A stretch of 64,000 bases of DNA from Octopus vulgaris. Lineage: Eukaryota. How positions within the stretch are numbered: position 1 is the stretch's first letter; each line of letters opens with the position of its first letter. The notes under the pieces are model-generated. The model was not told the origin of the DNA and made no database searches. It saw only the letters and a program-made list of their open reading frames with translations. The position numbers and the translations under genes are program-made. Shown here piece after piece: positions 1 to 11,989 of the stretch. The stretch covers positions 22,692,001-22,756,000 of the forward strand of contig OX597817.1 of the NCBI GenBank assembly GCA_951406725.2, read 5' to 3'.

Positions 1-1000
1 GCAAAAAAACCCCAAGATACAATAGAACGCAAAAATACCTACTCATAAAAAGAACCCGGAGTATCTGAGAAAGAAATACAGATAGATTATCGTTAGCAAC
101 ATCGGTGGTAATGTCAAACTCTCACAGCCAATAGTCGCCTTCGTAACACTAATTGGGTAAGTGGAAAGTGTTGATTTAACATTTAACGATATGTGAAGAA
201 ATGGGTTGTCCATGGACGTACAATTCGTTATTATAACATATGACCACTAAGCAAAAATTAAACTATGTCCCGTAGAGTGTACCGAGAGAATGATCTTAAA
301 AAGTTCAGCACTGGAGTTGGGTGAGCGATTTACCGGCTTGTATGTGTTAGGAAAACACATCTTATAATTTTCAGCATAGAAATCCTAAAGAATAGAAGGA
401 AAAGGTCCCCCAAAAACCATGGAGGTCATTGGTCTGAGGGTGACACGAGCCACTAATCGTGTGTCAGTAAGTAAAATTGTTCGTCGATATTGCCAGGATT
501 GAGTCTTGAGATACAAATCATCCCAGCCACAACTAGTGAAGAGAAGGAGAGACAACTACAACAAGTACAAATAGCAAGGAAACACCATTACACAGCAGAA
601 TTAGCCTGTGTACGTTTTCGAGTGAGAAGCAAGGGCTGATGGGAAAAATCAAACTTGGTCAATAAAACGAAGATACGTAGAGTTAAGCGAATAAAAACTG
701 AAAGGATTAAATGAAAAAAGCGAAGGACTAAAAAGGCCAAGTGATATGGAATTTCTACGAAGGAAAATGCCTGTGCCAAGAAAGAATCCGGATCCGAATG
801 TGAACTGATTATACGTGAGATTGAGCGAAACTTTTACCCGAATGAAACGAAATTCTCAACCACTCGCAAAATTCTCATAACAAAGTTCTAATAAAATACT
901 TATACAATACAGACAAGGAGTATCCAAAACAACTACAGATCGAGACAAGGAACTGGATCATATTATAATTAGAATAATATACAAAAATATATTTTTTGCC

Positions 1001-1415
1001 AGCGGCGAGCTGGCAGAAACGTTAGCACGCCGGGCGAAATCCGTAGCCGTATTTCGTTTGCCGTTACGTTCTGAGTTCAAATTCTGCCGAGGTCGACTTT
1101 GTCTTTCATCCGTTCGGGGTCGATAAATTAAGTACCTGTTATGCACTGGGGTCGATATAATCGACTTAACGCGTTTGTCTGTCCTTGGTTGTCCTCTCTG
1201 TGTTTAGCCCCTTGTGGGTAGTAAAGAAATAGGTATTTTGTCTGCCGTTACGTTCTGAGTTCAAATTCCGCCGAGGTCGACTTTGTCTTTCATCCTTTCG
1301 GGGTCGATAAATTAAGTACCAGTTACGCACTGGAGTCAATATAATCGACTTAATCCGTTTTTCTGTCTTTGTTTGTCCCCTCTGTGTGTAGCCCTTTGTG
1401 GGCAGTAAAGAAATA
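1001..1415 (+). mobile_element. tRNA-derived SINE family B, head-to-tail dimer with Tx1-like tails
   Basis: Head GCGGCGAGCTGGCAGAAACGTTAGC with B-box GAGTTCAAATTC. Central GACTTTGCCTTTCATCCTTTCGGGGTCGATAAATTAAGTACCAG-type domain and tail ...GTAAAGAAATA. The second unit starts at 1232. Many copies occur in the window. Confidence 0.9.
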
Positions 1416-2149
1416 ATGATATACAAAAATGTCATTTTAAAGTTGAAACATTGTACGAAACATCTTATTTCAATGGTGCAGAGGACATGAGTCCTCACTA
1501 GCTCAGTACTCATGAACTCTTCATGAATCAATACTATGAGGTGATTATAAGAAAGCCCACAGTAGATTACATCAGAGACTTGGGGTACCCTGATTAATTA
1601 AAATTTTTCTCATGTAAATAATTTGCTCTTATTGCATGTTTTATCGTACTTTTATATTTCTACGTAAATTCTTGCTTTATAAATTTTTAATTCATTTATT
1701 TATATATTATATTACATCTTTCACTTCGTTCGTCTTTGTATAGCGTCTCCGTTCTCATCACATTCTTCATTGTATTCCCGGTCTCCTAATTTTTAACGTT
1801 ACATTGTACGTTTTGTATCTCTTGTGTGTTTTTGCATTTTCAAGGATTTGTCATTGATAAAAAAATAATTTATTATTCTTGTTGTTGCTGTTTCAGATGC
1901 ATATCGATAATGATGGGAATTATTTATTGTCAGTGTTTTGAAATGTCATAAAAGAAAAGATTAATAATAGTAAAAATAAAGTCTCACGAAATTTGATAAA
2001 TGCTAACTTTTGACCCGGTATTTTGCGATGATGTTTCCAAAGATATCTGTCTTTGGTAGCAAATGTAACAATAATTCTTGAAATTAGGACTAACAACCCC
2101 CCACCCCCAAAATGAATAAATCATATAGACAGAAGTGAGACATTGATAG

Positions 2150-2375
2150 GCTGAATGATAGATACATGGATAGATATATTGAAAGCTTTGTAGATGGAGA
2201 CAGACAAACAGATAGATAGATTGATAGATAGATAGATAGATAGAGAGAGATAGACAGATAGATAGACATAGAGAGACATAGATAGATAGATAGATGGATG
2301 GATGGATGGATGGTTGGATGGATAGATGGATGAATGGATGGGTAGATAGATATATAGATAGACAGACAGACAGAG

Positions 2376-2433
<58 letters not shown>

Positions 2434-2475
2434 GCAGAAAGATAGATAAGCAGATAGATAGAAATAGACAGATAA
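2150..2475. repeat. compound (GATA)n/(GATG)n/(GACA)n microsatellite
   Basis: Direct reading. It produces the spurious YLSI ORFs. Confidence 0.95.
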
Positions 2476-3112
2476 GTTTCTTTTTTGGCCACACAGGGCT
2501 GCACACAGATGGGACAAGTTACAAGGTAGAGCTTTTCTTTTGGGGGATGAAAAAAACAAAAAAACAAAAAAACAAAAGAAACAAAAAAATGAAAGAGGTG
2601 GCGTAGGTTTTCGATCAAAAGGGATCGTAAAAGTAAAGAAAAGAACAAAAAAAAGGAAAAGAAAAAAGAAAAAAAGGAAAAGGAACAAAAGAAAAGAAAA
2701 ATGAAAAGAGAAGAAAAAAGAGGAAAAAAGGGGAAGAGGAAAAAAACGATCAATAGGGATCGTGTATCACAGTGTCATGATGTATGGTGTAAAGGGGAAA
2801 GCAAGTAAGGTTTATCCGTGGAAAGAAAAGCCTACGAAAAAGACCACGGTAACCTTGGTCAATATTGTTATATGTTACCACATTTGTTTGCAAGTGGGTA
2901 ACCCTCTGTTTTCAATTTCTGGGTTCATAGAATTATGCTCAAGGTGGCTTCGTCATTCATACGTGCCATCCTTGCTACATTCACCCATCTTTTTTAAAAC
3001 ATTCGCTAGACAAAACTTGCCTCTCTACTCTCACTTTCCTTTTCAAGTGGTACTTGAAGAAGTTGATGAGAGATTGACCAGAGAGGAAAGTGTTTGTCTC
3101 CAATCCTTTCAG
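2476..3112 (-). mobile_element. 5'-truncated Tx1-clade LINE (ORF2 C-terminus + 3' UTR)
   Basis: The minus strand reads LKGLETNTFLSGQSLINFFKYHLKRKVRVERQVLSSECFKK, homologous to the ORF2 ends at 14600-14680 and 27955-28080. It has a pyrimidine-rich UTR and an end ...GCAGCCCTGTGTGGC.AA.AAAGAAAC, and is flanked by GATA arrays. Confidence 0.8.
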
Positions 3113-3121
3113 ATAGATAGT

Positions 3122-3187
<66 letters not shown>

Positions 3188-3195
3188 TATAGATA

Positions 3196-3387
3196 TGTTT
3201 CTTTATTAGCCACACAGGGCTGCACACAGACAGGACAACTTACAAGGTAGAGCTTTTCTTTTGGGGGTAAAAAAAGAGGGTTTGGTTTTCGATCAAAAGG
3301 GATCGTAAAGGGAAAGAAAGAGGACAAAAAAGGGGGGGATAAAATTTTTAAAAAAGGGTGGGGGGAGAGGAAAAAAGGGAAAGGAAA
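3196..3387 (-). mobile_element. 3' end of the same Tx1-like family
   Basis: Near-identical to 2476-2630 (GCCACACAGGGCTGCACACAGA...ACAAGGTAGAGCTTTTC), with GATA arrays on both sides. Confidence 0.85.
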
Positions 3388-3429
3388 TAGATAGATAGAT
3401 AGATAGATAGATGGATGGATCGATCGATG

Positions 3430-3496
<67 letters not shown>

Positions 3497-3753
3497 GAAA
3501 AGAGAAAAGTTTAAAACGAATTGAAGTAGTATTAACTGGGATAATAGGAACATGCATAACTTTGTTTTTGAGAAGTTCACTTGTAACTATCGGTTTGACC
3601 AAAGTCGAATGAATAGAATTTAGTGAAAGACATCTATATGTGTGTGTGAGTAGGTTTACGTTCTTATTTATATATATACCTGTCTAAAAGCGTGATGTTT
3701 CTTTTTTATCGTGCGTCTTAGAAAATTATTGTCTCGGCTCTAGTGAATGAGTA

Positions 3754-4200
<447 letters not shown>

Positions 4201-4212
4201 ATAGATAGATAA

Positions 4213-4289
<77 letters not shown>

Positions 4290-4749
4290 TAAATTGATAG
4301 ATAGAGATAGTAATTTCGTTGCTTTGGCTCTGGGTTCGAAAGGTTAGGTTATTCACTCCCCACCCAAACTGAAATGATAGAAGTTTTCTATGAACTTTCC
4401 TTTAGAGCAATTGTTGCCAGCGCAGACAATGAGCTGTTTCCTAGAATTCCGGATGTTACTATATCTAGGAATAGTTGAAAGAGATGAAATGAGAACGGAA
4501 CAAATCTAAGAAAATAAATATTGTGATTATGTATTTGAAATGCCGTGTACGTTGTGACAAAAGGAGGATTTCAAAGCTAGCATTGCTGCAATCTAGTGCC
4601 AATCCTTAACTTAACGTTTAATAATTTGGATTGCTTGGCTTTCATAAAAGATCAAAAACATAAAGAAGCGCCTTAAACATGAAGTACATTCCAACACACT
4701 ACACTCAATTAAGTTGCGGAGAGAGCGTGGAAAAAAGAAAGAAAGAAAG

Positions 4750-4788
4750 TGAGAGAGATAGAGAGAGAGCGAGAGAGAGAGGGAGAGA

Positions 4789-4852
<64 letters not shown>
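4750..4852. repeat. (GA)n microsatellite
   Basis: Direct reading. Confidence 0.95.
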
Positions 4853-4856
<4 letters not shown>

Positions 4857-5496
4857 TGGCGTGTATGTGCGGTGGAAAATGGATGCAGCAAAGACAAGGA
4901 GCTGAACAGAAAAAAAGATTTCGGATTGGCTGACATGCTTTTCGTGTAATCGGAGTTATGCATATAGTCTTTCGTTCCTTCTTGCTTTGTTTCAATCTTC
5001 TCTCTCTCTCTCTCTACGTGCAGTGCAATTAATTGTAATTTTCTTCGAGTCGCTTCTTTTTTGTGTACATATTTTGCAAGTATGTGCATTCAACATATAT
5101 GAGTATGTATACAGGTTGACTGAGGCATATGACATTTCTCACTTTCTACATATTTCCAATGTTTCAGCAAAAAATAAGCAGCTCACAAGGTTTGTGGAAA
5201 ATAAATATTGCAAGTCATATGCTTAAGGGTGATAGTTAGAATCCAGTCATAGGTGACACAACAGTGATGATTATGATGATGAGGGGGCGGTGTTGGTTGT
5301 TGTTGTTGTTGTTGTGGTAGTAGTGGTGGTAGTGGAGGAGGAGGTTAACAATAATGATATTGATATTTGCCGCGGGTTTTGACAGATATGAGGTAACTCT
5401 CAGGAAAAATTACAGAAAATAATCAATGAAGGTTTTTCACAAAGACAAAAGACATGAAAAGCAAACTAATATAAAATACAGTAGATGAGACATCAT

Positions 5497-5746
5497 CATC
5501 ATCATCATTGTTCGACCGTGGTCGAGACAATGGAATTTACCATGCTACGCCTGACTTCACGGTCCATCATGGCATTACGGAGGTCCTGTTGCTGGATGCC
5601 TGTATCCCTGGAGATTACATCAGGGTAGGAGAGTGTGCGCCCTCTGGTATTGAGAGTAGATGGCTTCCAGAGGAGAAGAGTAGAAATTACTTCTTTTTCA
5701 GCACTACAACAATGTCCAGCAAACTGGACTCTCCTACCTTTCACAA
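5497..5746 (-). mobile_element. 5'-truncated RTE-clade LINE 3' end
   Basis: The minus frame RRVQFAGHCCSAEKEVISTLLLWKP...RGRTLSYPDVISRDTG...LRNAMMDREV is typical of an RTE ORF2 C-terminus. It has a (TGA)n tail and the direct repeat GAGACATCAT at 5487-5496 and 5747-5756 (TSD). Confidence 0.8.
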
Positions 5747-7414
5747 GAGACATCATAATAGGAAGACTATTCAAAGAAGCCATCATAATTAAACTGACTA
5801 CTAAATTCTGTGAGCTCCATCTCCCAACTGTATTCTTTGGCTTACTTGTTGATTGCAAGGTCATTCACTCAGGTCATTTACACGGCTCTCAACCGCTTTT
5901 AGTAAACTAATCAGACGGCTGCTATTCATCCTCCTCATAGAACTTGCGGGAATCAATGATAGCTTGGCCGAAAGTGTATGTCTTCGTCTGTTCAATACTT
6001 CCTCATATACGCCCTCATTCGTTATGGGACCAGGTAAAGGGAACCTGTCTAGCCTTCTAGACCAAAAGAATCCGGTGAAGCATGAACATAACGGACGCAG
6101 CTGAGAATAGTATCTATCTTATAAACAGCGAGAACTGTCCGACATTACTCCACTTATCTGAAACGTTCGGGCATTGAATGAGGGCATGCAGAAGCGTTTG
6201 GGGGTCTTCAGCCACGCATCTGACATAATAATTTTCCTTGTACAGTTTATCCAGAACAGTAAATGTAGTGTCTCACCCCTCATTTATCACCCCACTTTTA
6301 CTGTGAGGTTGGGATACCTTATATTCTCTTTAGTCTTCTGACTGAAAGTTCTCCTGTGAAGACTGTTCAGTTGAACTTTGTCGACGCAAGAGTTCCCTTG
6401 AGGGCATATTCGCTCTTCATCGCTATTAAACATGTATAGGTCACTAGGGTTAGAGCCGCTTACTGCGTTATCTAGTAGTAGTAAAGTCAGATGACATATA
6501 TTCAGTGGACTGGCACCGCAGTTCTTCTTATTGATGGAGCTGCGGTAAAACTATGCCTTACACTTTCTCACTATACAGAAATCTTTTCAAAAGATTACCT
6601 TCACTCTATGACTGCATACCATAATTCATTATCGGCAAGTGATGAGACCACCAGCAAGTTTTACGTGTGATTATCTTGAAAAGTGAAACAGGTCCCTTCC
6701 ACAAAAAGTGAAACTTAGACGCTCAAGCTTGACCTGATAAAATCTGGAACAAAAAAAGACAACAACAGCACCGAAACCTTAATAGATAACGGCATTGATG
6801 TCGACATTTGCTACCTCTGCTTGGTGTTTCAGAGATAGCTTCTTGTCAGTCTAATTGTAAATGCATATAGCCATCTCATGCGCAGACACGTCTATATCTA
6901 CCTTGATACTCTTTTTATCTGCGTGGATATATTGTACTAATCATACACCACGGCCCATGAAAGCGCCTTTGATCTAGCAAAATATGGTGGGCACAGATTT
7001 GCCTCGTCATGTGCTAAACTAAGTCTACTCTCTTTATCTTTTTAATGCGTATTTCCGTTACGATCTCATATTCCTTCTCTATAAGTATGACGATCTCAGA
7101 CACCACGTTGTTGACGTAATCTTGTATGTCGACAAGGTTTATTTTCATCTCCTGTTTTGATTGACATTCCCTTCTAAACTGTTTTCATTCATTAGATTTT
7201 ATATTGTAGCCCGAAGTATTATTATATTCATAACCTTTTGAGCATTTCCTAAAACTTTATTTTGTTGTGCAACAATAACATTAGCATTGACAGTAGATAC
7301 GATTAGCTCCTACCCACACGCCAGCTTACACACATCCACACCCCGCCACACATATGCATAGCAGATACACACACATAGGCATCAGACATATTCATGTATG
7401 CACTAATATAGGCC

Positions 7415-7555
7415 GGATTCCAAATGTGGCAGCAAGGTTAGAACCGGTGTATTACTGCGTAAGGGGACTATTTCGAAGGCGATGACGTTAAAACTTAGGT
7501 AAGTAAGCTATTTTTTAAAATCAAATATAACTAGTCCGGTAACGCTATCATACTG
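7415..7555 (+). mobile_element. mariner transposase 3' end relic
   Basis: Reads FQMWQQG*NRCITA*GDYFEGD, matching the mariner C-terminal ...RW..CI...GDYFE motif. Confidence 0.6.
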
Positions 7556-8338
7556 TCTGTTATGTGTAGAAAATTGCTGCAGAAGCAGCAAAAGATATAT
7601 CCACGGTAATTACGAGTACAATTAGTTACAACATTTTAAATTCTAACACATTCTATAATCCAATAAATCTCAGTAGAGCAAGCCTAACATGTATACACAG
7701 AATCGACTGAAACCAACGTTGAAAGCAATATATTTAGAAGAAAATTCAAAAATATATAAATTTTATATATAATTCATAATTATTTCACTTGAATAAACAA
7801 CATTATTCATATACCTACGTAATGAAGATACACAATTGATTAATTTTGAAGTGATGTTTATCCAAATCGCCAAGAGAAAAAAAGACAAGTGTGTATGAAT
7901 AGATGTATAAGTATATTTTCTTTGTGATTTAAGTATTATATTCTATGCTGAATTAAAGATCGTTTCATAGAAAGGCACGAAGATCGCTTACATCAATGAA
8001 GATATCACTTAGCGTTTATGTGAAACAGCTATAGTGCAGATGTGTTGGAATGTGTGTAGAAAAACTTGCACCCATGTATTTAGTACGGGCGCTTGTGAGT
8101 TCTTTTTAACCGTTTATGTTTACGTGTGTTCATTCGTTATGTACCTCTGACTGGGAGTCTAGGTTCAATCTAGTAAAAATAACAGAGAATACACGGAATA
8201 TTTCTTGCAAATTTTCCCAATATCACTATCCGATTGCATTCGGAGGATGGTAATTAGTTTGCTTGCTATTTCTTCAAGAACCGCCAGCATATCTTGGCAA
8301 TTTTGTTGTTATATTTGGCAAGTGCATCTATGACAGAA

Positions 8339-8541
<203 letters not shown>

Positions 8542-10455
8542 TGTATATATATATATATACTGTATATATATATATATATACTGTATATATATATATATAT
8601 ATATATATAAATTTATAATCTGCATATATTAGTTATAAGTTTCTCATTAATGTAACTTAGATATTCTCTTTTGCTCTATTTATACATGAAACATTTATAT
8701 TCGTCGGGCAACGGAGCTCTATCGCAATGCACTGTTTTGGTATTTCTATACCATAGAAAAAAAGACCCTAAAATATAGCCGTTTCAGCACCGGCCGGTTT
8801 TTGCCCGTCAAGGATGTAAACTCGAGTGTTTTTAAGAACCACGAGCCATATGAGGTCCTGTCGTGGTAAATAACGCAGGATTCAGTGTTCTAACAAAACA
8901 TCCACTTTAAGTGGGAGATAAATATTATCTTACACACGCACACTCACCCACATGAACACGCTTACATGTATATATACAGTATGTATGTATGCATGCATGT
9001 ATGTATAACTGCTGGTATGTATCTATATATGAATGTAACTTTGTATGTATGTACGTATGTATGTATATACTGGGAACAAAGTGAGAATAGTATGAAACAT
9101 TTATTAATTACAATAGCGACAATGGTTCCGAGCAAAGCGTTAAGTTCCCTAATGGTTGACATTAATTGATTGGTAGAAAAAGGAAGATTAAGACTAAACA
9201 GAATCGTGCCAATGTATTCAATATTCATATAGTTTTCTAAAGCATCAGCCCACAAAATTACTTCGTTAACTGTCAGCATGTGCGTCACTAACGGATCCTC
9301 TTCGACATGCGTTAATACTATATGAAAATGCAATAAATGCAATGTTATTAAGCGGACAGCGCCAAACTAAATGGATGTCACGTTGCTTCGTCATAAAAAT
9401 TAACACTGACATCGCGCCCTTCTAAATCTCTTTGGACTTCGATTCAAACGCAATTAGTATTATGCTTAAATGATGTAAGAGACGTGCTCCCAATATGCCA
9501 TTGTGAAGTAATTGACAATATTTTAAAACACTAGAATAAATTAGTTGAAATCCTTTTGTTGAGAATATGCGTGTGAGCTTGGGGTGTTTATCTCTATGGC
9601 AAATCTTCCCATCTTCTCTTCCTTGCTTGTCAAAAGTTTTGAATAAGTGTGACATCAGATGCCAAAAGTGTATGTCAACATCAAGAACATCAAGTAAAAT
9701 GAATTCTACTTCTGCCAATCTAAGAATTTGAAAAACATGCCCCGAACAGAAAAATATTAATGGTTGGTTTAAAAGTCGTAAAAATATAAACGAATTAAAA
9801 AAACAGAAAAAACAATCAGAATAGGAACGATTAAATTGTGGGAAATACTGTTATCGACTAATTCATCGTGCTTCGTATTGTGTTTTCTGCAAAACCTAGA
9901 GGTAATATAAAAGAGTTTAAAGAAAGTATCCTTTGTTGTGGATTTATACGTTTCTATACACAGTGATATTGCATTTTTCCTCAAGAGATCTTTATTTAGC
10001 AACATATAATTCTTATAAGTACAAAACTAAATGATATGCATTCATTTATTCGATCAATACATATATGTATGCACACACACATACATACATGTATATGCAC
10101 GAATATATATCATAAATACATATACAAACACACACACACACACACACGCATATATACTGTAATGTTTCGATTGCTAACCAAATATGAACTATGACAATGC
10201 CAATTAGAGATGCATTACTATCTATAAAAATATTATGCACAAAAAATATTAAGTAGATGCTGGTATTGCTGAATATTTCTATCCATGAAAGCAATTTTTT
10301 TATTAGCAGAAATACTCTGTACTGATATTGAGTATTTAGAGTTTCAACGACTCCCATACGATTTAACAAATGTTTATCCAAGAAATTCAACTTCTTTCTA
10401 TGAAAGCGAATTATAAAAGATGGTATGATAGTTGTTGTTCATACGCTTGCTGTTG

Positions 10456-10456
10456 C

Positions 10457-10513
<57 letters not shown>

Positions 10514-10530
10514 CATTATTATAGTTGTTA

Positions 10531-10595
<65 letters not shown>

Positions 10596-10602
10596 GTTGT
10601 TA

Positions 10603-10652
<50 letters not shown>

Positions 10653-10715
10653 GTTGTTATTGTTATTGTTGTTATTATTATTATTATAGTTGTTATTGTT
10701 AATATTATCATTATT
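10456..10715. repeat. (ATT)n microsatellite with recurring ATAGTTGTTATTGTT interruptions
   Basis: Direct reading. Four interruptions indicate higher-order duplication. Confidence 0.95.
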
Positions 10716-10720
10716 TTCGT

Positions 10721-10880
10721 TAAGACGCCGGGTGGAATGCTTTGCGGCATTTCGTCCGTCCTTACGTTCTGAGTTCAAATCCCGCCGAGGTCGACTTAGC
10801 ATTTCATCCTTTCGAGGCTGATAAATTAAGTACTACCTAAGTACTAGGGTCGATCTAATCAACTGGAACCCTCCCACTAC
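10721..10880 (+). mobile_element. SINE family B, partial
   Basis: GTTCTGAGTTCAAATCCCGCCGAGGTCGAC...TTTCATCCTTTCGAGG. Confidence 0.85.
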
Positions 10881-10935
10881 ATTTCATGCATTTTGCCTAT
10901 AATAGAACGGATTATTATTATTATTATCATCATCA

Positions 10936-10976
<41 letters not shown>

Positions 10977-11576
10977 GAGTGAGAGAGCAGGGTATGCCAT
11001 CAAACTGACACTGGGGTAAAATATACGAAGCCCAGTATACCCACCATGACTACCCATCTGATAAGGGTACACCAGGTACATGCATCACAACCATATGTGC
11101 GTGAAATGGTGATCTCATATCAAAATAAACAGCACATGACCTTGCAGGTGGAGCCCAGTTAGAATATTCTTCTCGTCGTGTAGCCCATCCTGCTCAAAAG
11201 GTCCCGGAATAAGGGTTGTTTAAGGATGTTGAACGAACCACCCATGTTTTCAGAGGTGAATTATACAAACCCCAAAGGATCCCTCTCAACACATGGCTAT
11301 AATGCTCCCTAACTGCTTATGCTCGTGATCAGAGATGCACATATCGTCAACCACTAGGGACATGCTCAAATGTTTACGGTCAAACAACTGACAAGCAAAT
11401 CTGTGGTATTGAGCAGAATATTTTCTGTAGCCCATCTTTTATACCGAGACAAAACAATGTACATGATAACACTTTCAATCAGTTAAGATGAGAAACCATG
11501 TGAACCACTGCCTGGTACTGCATCAGATCATTCAGAAGCCATGAGAGCCCTTATCTGGTACTGCATCAGGGCATTT
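10977..11576. mobile_element. unclassified ~600-bp interspersed repeat inserted in (ATT)n
   Basis: A diverged second copy lies at 50380-50920. ATT repeats flank both sides, and CTGGTACTGCATCAG is duplicated near one end. Confidence 0.7.
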
Positions 11577-11989
11577 ATTATTATTATTGTTGTTGTTGTT
11601 GTTTATGTTGTTGTTGTCTTTTGTTGTTGTTGTATTTTGTTGCTGTTATTATTACATGCTGTCACCGCCACCACTACCACCACCACCACCAACAACAACA
11701 GCAACATCATTAGCAAAAAAACAAAACAAAGTAAATGAACCATGCAATTCCGCTGCCGGCGATTTTGCCGAAGCGACAAAGCAAATAAGTGAAAACATTT
11801 TTGTAAACGAAAATGAATTCATTAGTGCAAAATATATATAGGAAAAATGTGGGAGAAATGTTGCAACGAATGTTCCTGTGAACGCAGAGAATAAAGAAGC
11901 AGAACTAGTTAGGACAAGGTATGCAGTTATTAATACAGGAGGATCAACAAAGCATCGAGGCCTTCCCGGATCTCCTTTCCGTGTTCAGA

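Noticed and set aside
1-957. Possible coding or retroelement fragment
   Set aside because: I could not recognise a motif or sustained frame, so it is left unassigned.
9520-9740. Helitron PIF1 helicase relic (NMRVSLG)
   Set aside because: Only a 4-5 residue match, with no convincing neighbouring motifs.
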